Below, piece after piece: positions 43,224 through 54,256 of a DNA stretch of 64,000 nt. This DNA is from the human T2T-CHM13v2.0 reference genome, Homo sapiens. A model generated the notes under the pieces. The model saw only the letters and a list, made by a program, of their open reading frames with translations. It made no database searches and was not told the DNA's origin. The stretch lies in the NCBI RefSeq assembly GCF_009914755.1, contig NC_060934.1; one strand, given 5' to 3'. The position numbers were made by a program, and so were the translations under genes. Position 1 is the stretch's first letter, and each line of letters opens with the position of its first letter.

Positions 43224-45619
43224 TGATGGCCGCTTACAAGTGTACGAACTGTCCCAGTGAAAGCCAGTACCCCTCAGTATCTCTAGCTCCTGGGGGTGGT
43301 GGGGGGGGTGGGAGGGCATCTCTAGCCAGCAAGTGGACCCTCTGCCACCCATTGTGGGAGGTACCCACCTTACAGAGGAGGATCATGGCTGGAATTGGAG
43401 ACTCATACCACAAAGACTGACTGGGAACCCTTGGAAGATGCAAAACTTTATCACGTCCTGGCTGTGAGTGCTAAAACCCTGCCTAATGCTAGCCTTTCTT
43501 TTTTAAAGTATTGATGTGGCCTTTTTTTTTCCATTATAAAAGTAATCATATTCATTCTGAAAGATATACAATATATACAAAAATAAAATTGAAAAAAGGA
43601 AATTATCAGGAGTTCCACCACTCAGACATAATCACTGTTTACATTTTGGGGAGTCATTTTAAAAGTTTTCATATGCATAGTCATATACATATGTCTGTTT
43701 TTTAAAAAAATGGTTGAGAGCATAGTGTGTCCACATGGGAACTTATATATCATATTTAAGGATTGTTTTATATCTTTTTTGTTTAACCTGATATAAATTT
43801 TTATTCACTTGTTTATTCATTAAATATGTCAGACACTATGTTAGCTGTGGGGATACAGTGGTTGTAATCAGACATTGTCCCTGTTCTATGGAACTTAGAG
43901 TCCATTGATAGATATATCCTATGTCCTTAATATCATCTGTTGTGGCATTCTGAGCTGTCTCTAGACCTGTTGCATGGAGTTTTATGATGAACGTCTATGC
44001 AAAGAACCTTTTCTATATTTGGAATTATTTCCTTAGGAGAGATTTCCAGAAGTGGAATTAACAAAGGGCATGGACAGTTTTCAAGGCTCTTGACGTGTGC
44101 TGCAAAGTTGATTTCCAAAAAAGGTCTGGAACAATTTCAGGGCACTCCCTGAAGAGTGCCCATTTCACCATACCCTGGCCACTGTTGGTGATTTATCATT
44201 AACCAAAAGACTTTGACCTGTATCGCCCAGACTGGAGGGTGTCCCAGCTCCTGCCTCCAGGTCCAGCAAACACTGTGGGCACTGACCATTCAAGGCTAGC
44301 CTGACCCTGTCCCTCTGTGAAACCTTTGGGGTTTCCACAAAGCCTTTAGGATTGCAGGACCACATAACTTATCTGAACAGGGATACTTGAGCATGAAAGG
44401 GGCCACCATGAATAATCACCCTGGGACAACAGGCAAAACTACCCTGGGAAATGGGAACATGAGATCATCCTACTATAGATAAATCTGATCCCTTTAACAT
44501 AGCTTGAATTCAACCCTCTCCACCATCTGGCCCCAACTTACTTTTTCAGTCTCTTTGCCTCCTGACATATCACACGATCCAGTCACAGTCAGCCTGCAAT
44601 TACCAACCATGCCTTGGGTGTCACTGTCTCTGTACATCTGCTCCCGCCATTCCCTCCTCCTGCCTCCAGCCACCCCACCCCCCGCCAGTCTGCAATGCGC
44701 CCCCTCGCCCATCTGTGTAGGTCCAAATCCCACCCTTGCTTCAAAACACAAATTAAATGGTACCATTCAATACTGCTTTCATTCAACAAACATGTACTGA
44801 CTGCTTACGATGTGTCAGGCACATAGAGTACAAGACCGAAAACATCCCACCTCCTGTGGAACTTTGATTTGTGTGTGCAACTGTGACAACTGGTCCTAAA
44901 GATGAACACAAAATGATGTGCCAGAGAGTCTGCCCTGTTATGGTTTTGAATAGACACACCCACCACCCCACAAGGTTATGAGCTCTTTGAGGGTAAAATC
45001 CAAGAGGCTCATCCTCCACCCTTGCAAAACCTCTGACACACCCTTGGATAGAGCAGGCACTTAAGCATTTGCCAAGTGAAGAATTAATATTAAAGAAGCT
45101 TACCTATTCACTCCGCAAGAGTTTTCTAATAACCAGTTCTGGGTTCTCCATGAATCTGAGATCAAAGGGGAGCCTAAATTTCCACATACCTTAGAGAAAC
45201 ACCCCCAGGTCCTACCACTGTGACTCTCTGTCCACCCTGATACTGGAAGAAACTGAAGTCACCGGATTCACTGATTGCTGCTTCTTGTGAGGTTAAGTGA
45301 CTCATCCAAGGTCACACAGCTAGATAGTGACTGAGCCACTGGAGGGGTCAGGAGGTGATACAGGAAAGACTCAGAATGCATGAGTGGATAAGTCACCAAA
45401 GGAGTCACTGGAGTGGAGGGGCCTGGAGGGGAAGGTGACCCTGAGTGCTGGAATGGCCAGAGAAGAACAAACAAGCTAACAGCCCCAAAGACCTCCATTG
45501 TCCCCAGATCCCATTCACTGTCATCTCCTGAAGAACATCACTCTCACACCATCAGTGTTCTCTGCTCCTTTTTGCACAAAACTCCTCCAGAGACTTGTCT
45601 AGCCTCTTTCTCTCTCTCT

Positions 45620-45998
45620 CTTTTTTTTTTTTTGTTCTTTTAGAGACAGGGTCTTGCTCTGTCACCCAGGCTGGAATGCAGTGGCATGAACATAGCTCAC
45701 TGCAACTCGAACTCCTGGGCTCAAGTGATCATCTCACCTCAGCCTCTTGAATAGCTAGCACCACAGGTGCATACCACCATGTCCAGCTAATTAAAAAATT
45801 AAGTCTTTTTTTTTCTTTTTTTGATAGAGACTGGGTCTCCCTATGTTGTCCAGGCTGGTTTTCCTTTTTTTTTTCCTTTTTTGTAGAGATGAGGTCTCTC
45901 TCTGTTGCCCAGGCTGGTCTTGAACTCCTGGCCTCAAGTGATCCTTCTGTCTCGGCCTCCCAAAGTGCTGGGATTGGCATGGGATACTGTGCCTGGCC
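45620..45998 (-). mobile_element. AluJ with internal duplication of part of the left arm
   Basis: tagagac/gat...ggtctc...tgttg[t/c]ccaggctggt occurs twice (about 45825 and 45884). Confidence 0.85.
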
Positions 45999-45999
45999 C

Positions 46000-47620
46000 C
46001 CTGTCTAATCCTGAAGCTTCCACTTCCTCTCCTCTTATGTGCTCACCAGTCCATTCATATAGCTCTTGCCATGTTGCCAAATCCTGTGGCCAGTTCTCAG
46101 TCTTGTCTGATATGGTCGTCAGCTGTATTGGGCAGTTGGTCACTCCCTTCTCCTTGAGACTCCTGCATGTGGCTTTTTCAGGGCATAATGGTCATGGTTC
46201 TCCCTGCCTCATTGGGCTCTTCTTCCCCATCTCTTTTCTTGGACTCTTGTTGCCCTGATTTTGGGACACTGGAGCATCCCCAAGGAGCCCTGGAGGTCCT
46301 CTCATTCCCCTGGTGAGCTCACCCAGTTTTCTGGTGCTAAATGCCACAAATACTCTAATGTTCCCCAGTGTATCTCCAGTCTGAACTTCTCCCTGACCTC
46401 CAGATTTGGGTGTCCAGGCATGCTTTGTGTTTCCTAGACACCAGTCAGCATCTCAAGCTTGGCACATTCAAAAGCAAACTCCAGATTTGTCCCTGCTACC
46501 TCCTTCCTCAGTGTCCTCCTTTTCAGAAAAGGGCAAGTCCTGCTTTTCATTTGCTTGGGCCACAGTCTTTGGGATCACCTCCTATTCACAACCCTCATCC
46601 AATCTATCGGTGAGTTCTGTAAGCTGTGCCTTCAAACTGTTCTCAGAATGACCACTTCTCACTGCCTCCAGGCTCTGCCTTCAGGTTCAAGCCACTGTCC
46701 TCCCTACTGAGATCATGGCAGAGGCCTCCTTTCTGGCCTCATTCAGCCAGAGTGATCCACTGAAACTAGTCAGGTGCCTCTACAACTTTGTTCAACCCTC
46801 CAGTGGCTTTCCATCATACTCAGGGCAAATTTCACAGTCACAGTCTCCACCTGTGTCTGCAGATCATCCACCCCTCTCTGGCCTCACTTCCCACTACCCT
46901 TCCCCTCACCCACTCCTCTTCAGCAGTGCTTGCTTCTCTGCTATCTTTTGAACAGGCTAAGACCTCTCCCGCCTCAGGCCTTTCTACTTCCTACTCTTGC
47001 TGCTTGGAATGCCACCCCTTGATATCAACTTTCTCCCTTGCTCCCTTCACCTTAAGTGAACCTTTATTAGAAGATTAATTTCCTGGCTGGGCATGGTGGT
47101 TTGTGCCTGTAATCCCAGCACTTCGGGAGGCCAAAGCAGGCAGATCACTTGAGCCCAGGAATTTGAGACCAGTCTAGACAACATAGTGAAACCCCATCTC
47201 TCTCTACAAAAATTACAAAAATCAGCTGGGCATGGTGGCACAAGCCTGTATTCTGAGCTACTTGGGAGGCTGAGGTGGGAGGATTGACTAAGCACAGAAG
47301 GTCAAGGCTGCAGTGAGCCATGATCACACCGTTGCACACCAGCCTGGGCAACAGAGTGAAAGCCTGTCTCAAAAAACAGAAGACTAATTTTTTAACCATC
47401 CTGTAAAAATATAACCATCCTCCCTCTCTCTTCCCTTTTCTGCCCAGTTTCTGCCACAGGACTTAGCACATTGGCTGGTTCTTTGTTGAGGGTCTCCACT
47501 CCCTCATTAGAACATGAACCCCATGGAAGTAGGCACTGTAGATGTTTTATTTACTGTCCAGCTCTCAGCAAGAACAGGCTGTTCACGAGAGGTGCAGAAG
47601 AAATATCCATAGTACAAGTG
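46000..47620 (-). mobile_element. L2 fragments (interrupted by an Alu)
   Basis: ccaaatcctgtggccagttctcagtc, atctccagtctgaacttctccc, gcatctcaagcttggcacattcaaa, ccctccagtggcttt motifs. Confidence 0.7.
47085..47378 (+). mobile_element. AluJ
   Basis: Full dimer, TSD agaaga[t/c]taattt. Confidence 0.93.
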
Positions 47621-48662
47621 AATTTTCAACTGTTATAGTTCATCAGTGGAGAGCTGCACTTCAGCCTCTTATTTGTGGAGAGCGGGCATCTGGTTTTGTA
47701 GCTGTTTGGTCCCAAGTTTGACAGCTGTTGTCTGCTGACTGAAAGGGAGCTGAAGCAGCTCCCTTTGCATCCTGGTTTCCTGGTTTGTAATAATAAACAC
47801 TGGCTGCCATGTATTTAGTGCCCCAACCACTGTGCCAGATGCTTTGTATACATTGCCTTCCCTCAATCCTGAGATCAGATAGATGAAGAAACTGAAGCTT
47901 ATAGAGGTGAAATAATTTTTTCCACATTTTCAATAAGAGCCAAAGATGAAACCCAATCAGTTATCTTCCAAAGCCTATGACTTAGACTGTTGTAGCAGGA
48001 AGGACAGTTGGCCAGGTGACCTCCAAGTGGCCTTGAAGCTCATAGCTAGAAAGTATGAGCTTTATGGGCAATGGAGAAGCACTGAAAGCTTTTAAGCAGG
48101 GGGATGGCATGGTCAGGTTACATGGAGGGAGAGTAGTGTGGCTGGATTGGCCTGCATTCCCCAGAAAGCAGAATCTGGGGCAGAGGTCTATGAGCTTTTC
48201 CTTTATTAGGGAGAAAGATCCCAGGGAACAAGATGAAGAATATGGGGAAGGAGACAGGGAAGGAGGGAGAGTCAATCTGAAGATGCGCTACTGAGCTGGC
48301 AGCTGATTACTCGGTATCTCTTAAAACCATCTTAGGACAGTTTGTCTGGACGAAAAAAGAGGTAAGAACTCATCCATCGGTTTCCATATTCCCTTGGCAA
48401 AGGTTCGTACATGGAGCATTACCTCCCCACACTCTGGGGACACACAGGAACACTGAACATACCTGGACATAAACAGAGCAGGTCCTGCAGAGATGAGAAG
48501 GATGTTTGGGGTATGAGGTGAGGCGCCATCAGGTCGCACCTGTGTGAAGCCAGTGAGCTCTCTCAGAGCTGGTGCCTCAGTGGGTGCTGGACCAAGAGGC
48601 CAGTGAGGACAAGAGGATCATAAGCAGAGCAGAAACAGCATCCAATTCAGGGTCAGAGGAGG

Positions 48663-49161
48663 TGGTGTGGGCTGAACTGTGTCCCCCCAAACTCATATAT
48701 TGAATTCCTAACCAACGGTACCTCATCATGTGGCCTTCTTTGGAAGCAGTGTCATTGCAGGTATAATTAGTTAAGATGAGGTCATACTGGAATATAGTGG
48801 GTCCCTAATCCAATCCCTTGGCAAAGGTTCATACATTGAGCATTGTCCGTATAAGACTGGTGTCCTTATAAGAAGGGGAAATTTGGACACAGAAACACAC
48901 ACAGGGAGGATGTGTTGTGACCATGAAGGCAGAGTTCAGGGTAGTCCTTCTACAAGCCAAGGCATGCTGAAGATGGAAGTAATCCACTAGAAGCTGAGGG
49001 ACAGGCACCCAACAGGCTCCTGCACAGCCTTCCGAAGGAACCAACCCTGCTGACACCTTGACCTTGAACTTGCAGCCTCCAGAACTGTGAGACCATAAGT
49101 TTCTGTCATTTTAGCCGCTCTGCCTGTAACGCTTTGTTGTGGCAACCCCAGGAAACTAACA
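48663..49161 (+). mobile_element. MLT1 (B/C-type) MaLR LTR with a small templated insertion
   Basis: gctgaactgtgtcccccc...gttaagatgaggtcatactgg...cagcctccagaactgtgaga...ggaaactaaca. Confidence 0.85.
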
Positions 49162-49389
49162 GAGGAGGTGAGATTGGGGGCAGGGAGGCCCATCTGTGGG
49201 GGGCATCATGTCAGTCAGGCACTCAGTAACTGGGGGAAAATCCCAAACTCAAGTGGGTGATGGCAAAATGGGGAACTTATCGGCTCATGGAATGGGGCTC
49301 TCCAAAGGAAGTTCTTTGACTTCAGGCTTGATTCAAGGGTTTGAACGAGGATGGTAGGGCTCTCTAGTCCTTGCCCCCTTGTCTCCACA

Positions 49390-49560
49390 TGTTTTGAACT
49401 GCACGTTTGTGTGCCTCCAGAATTCCTATGTTGAAACCCTAACCCACAATGGGATGGTATGTGGAGATGGAGCCTTTGAGAAGTGATTAGATTTAGTTGA
49501 AGTTATGGGGATTCTTCATGACGGGATTAGGCCCTTACCAGAAGAGACAAAAGAGCATGC

Positions 49561-49593
<33 letters not shown>

Positions 49594-49810
49594 CTGTCTC
49601 TCTCTCTCTCTCTCTCTCTGCCATGTGAAGATACATCAGGGAGATGTCCATCTGCAACCCAGGAAGAGAGCCCTCACGAGGAAACAAGCAGGCCAGTACC
49701 CCAGTCTGCAGGACTTCCCAGCCTCCAGAACAGTGAGAAATAAATTTCTGTGGTTTATAAGCCACCCAGCTTAAGGCATTTTGTCACAGCAGCCAGAACA
49801 GACCAAGAGA
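49390..49810 (+). mobile_element. MLT1A-type MaLR LTR with (CT)n
   Basis: tatgttgaaaccctaaccc...gccatgtgaagatac...aaataaatttctgtggtttataagccaccc. Confidence 0.8.
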
Positions 49811-51023
49811 GGTGCCTGTGTCTTGATCTCTAGAGAGAGCATTGGCCAAGGCCAACCCAGCCATGAGAGAGAGACAGAGAGAGGCAGGGCTGGGCTGTGG
49901 CTGGCTGGGGTGTGGACTGATCCAGAGCTGGCAGTGGGCCAGAGGAAGTTCAGCTCCCCAGGGCTGGATCTGGTGAGAGGACATGGAGGTCAGCAAACAA
50001 GTTAGGGTCCTGAGGCACCGGGTGGGGGTGGGGTTCAGCAAGGAGGTCTTGGTGGACAGGATGTGGCAGTGGCAGAGGAGCTAGTTCTCCAGAGCTGAGA
50101 CCAGAGATGATACCAGGTAAGTGGCCCTTCACCTGTGCTCTGTGGCCTCACTTCTGTAGAGAATCGAGGCCAGCTTCAGGGTCAAGCTTCTCGGCTGGAA
50201 GCTGGGAGTTGTTGCTGTGGTTCACTGAGTGGCAGGGATACAGTGATGACTGAGAAAATGCTGAAGAGACCTGGAAGTCCCCCATAGAAGAAATCTGATT
50301 CTTACAGCGCTGCGGAGAGGCAGTCTGGGAAGGCCTTTCTTCCCAGAGTATCTCTTCAAGGTTCTGATACACCTCACAAGCCCTGCAAATACAGACAGAC
50401 CGGAATGGGGCTCCCAGGTCCAGAGGAGATATTGGGAAAGGGTCCGAGGAGCAGAGCAAGATGTCTGCTTAGCCGGCAGTAGCCAGCACTCCCGGCCTGG
50501 GCAGCCAAACAGGCATCTGCAAGGGGACTTGACAATGATCGGTGGAGCAGGAGGGTGCTTGAGAGTGTGGCTGCTTAATCATGGCCTTGAGGTTTGTTGT
50601 TGTTTAAATGTCACCACTTATTTGAAACTAATTCCTGTCAGACTGCGAAAAGTTTATCAGTGTAATTGGGTGCCGGCAAAAAGCTCTCTTAAAATACACA
50701 TCCTTTCATTCATAAAGCTATCAATGGGGCATTTGATTAGCATCTTTTTGACTGCCAAGGAAACCATACTGAAAGCAGGGCATGCATTCAGAACAAAGAA
50801 CTCCAGCTCGTGGGTGAAAACTCTGCGATAGCCATATCTCCCCCACCAGATAGTGTGCTTTGTGATGGCTGGCAGCCTGTGCCCCTTGGAAATGTCATTT
50901 TCAGCCCCTTCTGGGCTTGTGACTAAGGTGTGGGTGGTGGATCTACAAAGGATTTCCCAAAAAGAAGGCCTCCTTTACATACCTTTTGTTCTGTGGACTG
51001 ACCCACTTGTCCCACCCACATAC

Positions 51024-51142
51024 CTGCAGCAGGCGGGAGACTTGTGCCTTAACTGGGCAGCTGTGAGCACCAGTTTTTTTCCCCAAATTCCTGGGTGCTA
51101 TCTGAGCATGCTGCCATTTGGCAGTGGGGCCTCAGTCACATC
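51024..51142 (-). ncRNA. Candidate next exon of the same minus-strand transcript after a 178-nt intron (51143-51320)
   Basis: Acceptor cattttctccatCAG|GATGTG; donor CAG|GTATGT ending the exon at 51024, alternative AAG|GTATGT ending it at 50983. Confidence 0.5.
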
Positions 51143-51320
51143 CTGATGGAGAAAATGTGAAGGTTTGTCATCAGCTTATTTAACAATTCAGAGGCTGGAG
51201 TCTATTCCACTTTTTGTCCAGTATGTAGCTTTAAAACAGTTACATATAACATGGAACAGTATGACATGAAAAGAGAGAGGTTTATAGAGGGAGATGGGAA
51301 TCGTGACAGCCCCTGCTTAC

Positions 51321-51447
51321 GGAGTTTGCCCCTCCAGTCCTGAATTCTTCTGCATCCCCACATCCTGCTTGTCTGGAAAACGGCTGCAGCTTACTACTTC
51401 GATTCTTGGCCTTCCAGAAACTGGACTCCTGGCCCATCTTTTCATCT
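51321..51447 (-). ncRNA. Candidate internal exon (127 nt) of a minus-strand lncRNA (LINC00842-like neighbour of NPY4R, from recollection)
   Basis: Minus strand: tgtttgttgtttgtttctccaaAG|AGATGAAAAG...GGCAAACTCC|GTAAGC. Non-repetitive sequence, no credible protein. Identity of the transcript not verifiable here. Confidence 0.55.
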
Positions 51448-52638
51448 CTTTGGAGAAACAAACAACAAACAATAATCTCGTCATAATTAAAATTCACTGT
51501 GATATAAAGCTACTCTAAAAATAGTACAATTAAAATTAAAATTTATTTCATTTCTTGAGCTGACATTTCAGACAGCCAGGGGCCTCCCACTAAACTTGAA
51601 GGTGATGAGTCTCTGCTCAGTCTCACCTCCCGGGCTTCTGTTCCAGCATGAGTCTGAGCTCCATTCAACTCTTCCCGGGCCTTTTCAGCTCTAGGTGTAA
51701 AGGTTCAGTGTGAACTCGTAGAAAGAAGACAGGCTTTTCAGTCAACAGATCTGAATTCTTACACGCACTGTCTCATAGTCCTTGGTCTCAGTTTCCATGT
51801 TTGTACAGTGAGGATCATGGGTTCCAAGGATTTGGGTTCCAAGGTGGGGTTGGACAATGAAACCATAGCTGTCCAGTGTGGTGGCCATGGGCCACATGTG
51901 ACTTCTGAGCACGTGAAATAGAACTGGCACAAATTGAGATGTGCCAAGTGTAAATTACACATTGAATTTCAAAGACAGCCCCTACAAAGAATGTGAAGTG
52001 TCTCATTAATAATTTTGTATATTGATTATATGTTGAAATAGCAATATTTTAGATATATTGGGTTAAAGTATGAAAATCAACATCAATCTTTTCGTTTTAC
52101 TCTCACTATTTTTTAGAGCAGCTTTATAGTCACAGTGAAATGGAGTAGAAAGAACCCAAATGACCACTCCATCTGTCCTAAGCCAGTCTGAGGGCTTTCT
52201 GTCCAGCCCTAACGCTGTACCATGATCCTCACTGTACAAATATGGAAACTGAGACCAAGGACTATGAGACAGTCCTTATAAGAATTCAGATCTGTTGACT
52301 GAAAAGCCTGTCTTCTTTCTACGAGTTCACACTGAACCTTTACACCTAGAGCTGAAAAGGCCCAGGAAGAGTTGAATGGAGCTCAGACTCACACTGGAAC
52401 AGAAGCCCAGGAGGTGAGACTGAGCAGAGACTCATTACCTTCGAGTTTAGTGGGAGGCCACTGGGCTGTCTGAAATGTCAGCTCAAGAAATGAAATAAAT
52501 TTTAATTTTAATTGTACTATTTTTAGAGTAGCTTTATATCACAGTGAATTTTAATTATGACGAGATTATTGTTTGTTGTTTGTTTCTCCAAAGAGATGAA
52601 AAGATGGGCCAGGAGTCCAGTTTCTGGAAGGCCAAGAA
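51403..52638. repeat. Inverted duplication, arms 51403-51820 and 52220-52638, spacer ~400 bp
   Basis: Hand alignment of the reverse complement: about 11 substitutions + 1 indel in ~418 bp. The ORF track shows the same peptide (LGLPETGLLAHLFISLEKQ...IKLL) on opposite strands. Confidence 0.97.
51866..52100 (+). mobile_element. MER33-like hAT transposon fragment in the inverted-repeat spacer
   Basis: gctgtccagtgtggtggcc...gccacatgtg...aattgagatgtg...tctcattaataatttt...tatattgggttaaa. Confidence 0.8.
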
Positions 52639-53300
52639 GGACTTCCCGTATCCTTCCTGGGCCCCAAACATGCACAGCCTCCCCGTTAGCTACACTGTCC
52701 ACTAGAGTGGTGTGTTTGTTACAGTTGATGCCAGACTCCATGGTTCGGGGTTTGCTCTTGGTGTTGTACATTCTATGGATTTGGACAAATGCATCATGAC
52801 ACGTAACCACCATTATAGTATCACACAGAATAGTTTCATGGCCCTAAAAATCCTCCGTGTCTTACCTATTTATCACCTCCTTTCCTGTTAAACCCTGGCA
52901 ACCACCGATCTTTTTACCATCCCCGTAGTTTTGCCTTTTCCGGAAAGCCATGTAGTTGGAATAATACTGTATGTTGTCTTTCATATTGGCTTTTTTCACT
53001 TAATAATAAGCATTTAAAGTTCCTCCATTTCTTTTCATGGCTTGACAGCTCATTTCTTTTTAGAGCTGAGTGATATTCCATTGTCTGGATGTGCCAAAAT
53101 TTATTTATCCACTCACCTACTCGAGGACATCTTGGTTGCTTCCAAGTTTTGGCAATGATGAATAAAGCTACTGCTGTAAACATCCATGTGCAGGTTTTTA
53201 TGTGAACATAAGCTTTCAACTCCTTTGGGTAAATATCAAGGAGTACTTTTGCTGGATTGTATGGCAATGGTGTGTTTAGTTTTGTAAGCCACTGCCAAAC
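52105..53300 (-). mobile_element. L1MA/MB 3' end, split into 52105-52153 and 52639-53300 by the inverted copy
   Basis: ttttagagcag...cacag...agaaag continues after the insert as gacttcccgtat...acatgcacagcctcccc; ORF 52914-53267(-) is decayed L1 ORF2 C-terminus (IIAKTWKQPRCP). Confidence 0.85.
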
Positions 53301-54256
53301 TTCAGCCGATTCCTGGTTTCCCTATTCTCGGCAGGCTGGCCTCACAAAGTTCGTCTCCTGCAGAGCTCCAAGGAAGCTGGTTTTGGCTGAATCTGAAGAT
53401 GATCAACACTGGTAGGATGCTGCTGTGTCATAGACTGGAACCCCAGCTCCTGATCATGCTGGAGTGGGGCTGCTGCTCCCTGCAACCCCACCTGCCTCCC
53501 CCTTGAGCTGGAAGAGAAGGGCTGATGGCCAGAGTTCTGCCATACCCCACTACGATCAGATCAAGCTCTGATCCCACCAGGCCAGGGGCTGTGCTTCCTT
53601 GATCATATAAGCCCAAGGTCCGGGGTCGCTCTCCTGGAGTCTGACATCAGCCCGGCTAGGTCCCAGTGCGCTGCCCTGGAAGGGTCAGAACGCTTGTTCC
53701 TGAGATTATCTCTGTGGATTTTCCCTGATGAACTCTGATCTAGCAGGAAGTGTATGGGCTGCTAAGTACTTTTCCCTTGTTTGCTCAAGGAGTTTGCGGC
53801 CCCAAGATCATTTCCAAAGCCTTTTGCTTCAGCTTGCTAAAGGGAGGCTGCTCTCACTCTCTTCAGCTTGCTAAAGGGAGGCGGAGTTCTGAGGAAGGCA
53901 GGCACCTTGAGGGATGTTGAAAGTTGCCTCTGTTTGCTGTGCCTACCACCTCCTTCTAGTCCTCCTCTCGCCGCCCAGATCACCCCCTACAATGCATTAC
54001 CCATGCCTGCCCCCCACCACCCAGAAGCTATGGGGGCTCTGGTCCAAGCCCCACACTTGTCCGAAAGAGGTGCCTGGGCCCCACAGAAGCCTTGTCGGAT
54101 GATGGCAGCTGTCTTCTGATAGTTCAATGGATCTGCCACCTACACAGAGAGGTCTGGAAGTCGCTAACTCTCTTTGAGTCTCAGATTCCATAGTAGTCAA
54201 ATGAAGGGTTTGAACCAGAATATTTTCAAGAATTTGTGCTCTTCTAAGAGTCCATG

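Noticed and set aside
50111-50122. Perfect + strand donor CAG|GTAAGT
   Set aside because: Isolated motif with no convincing paired acceptor.
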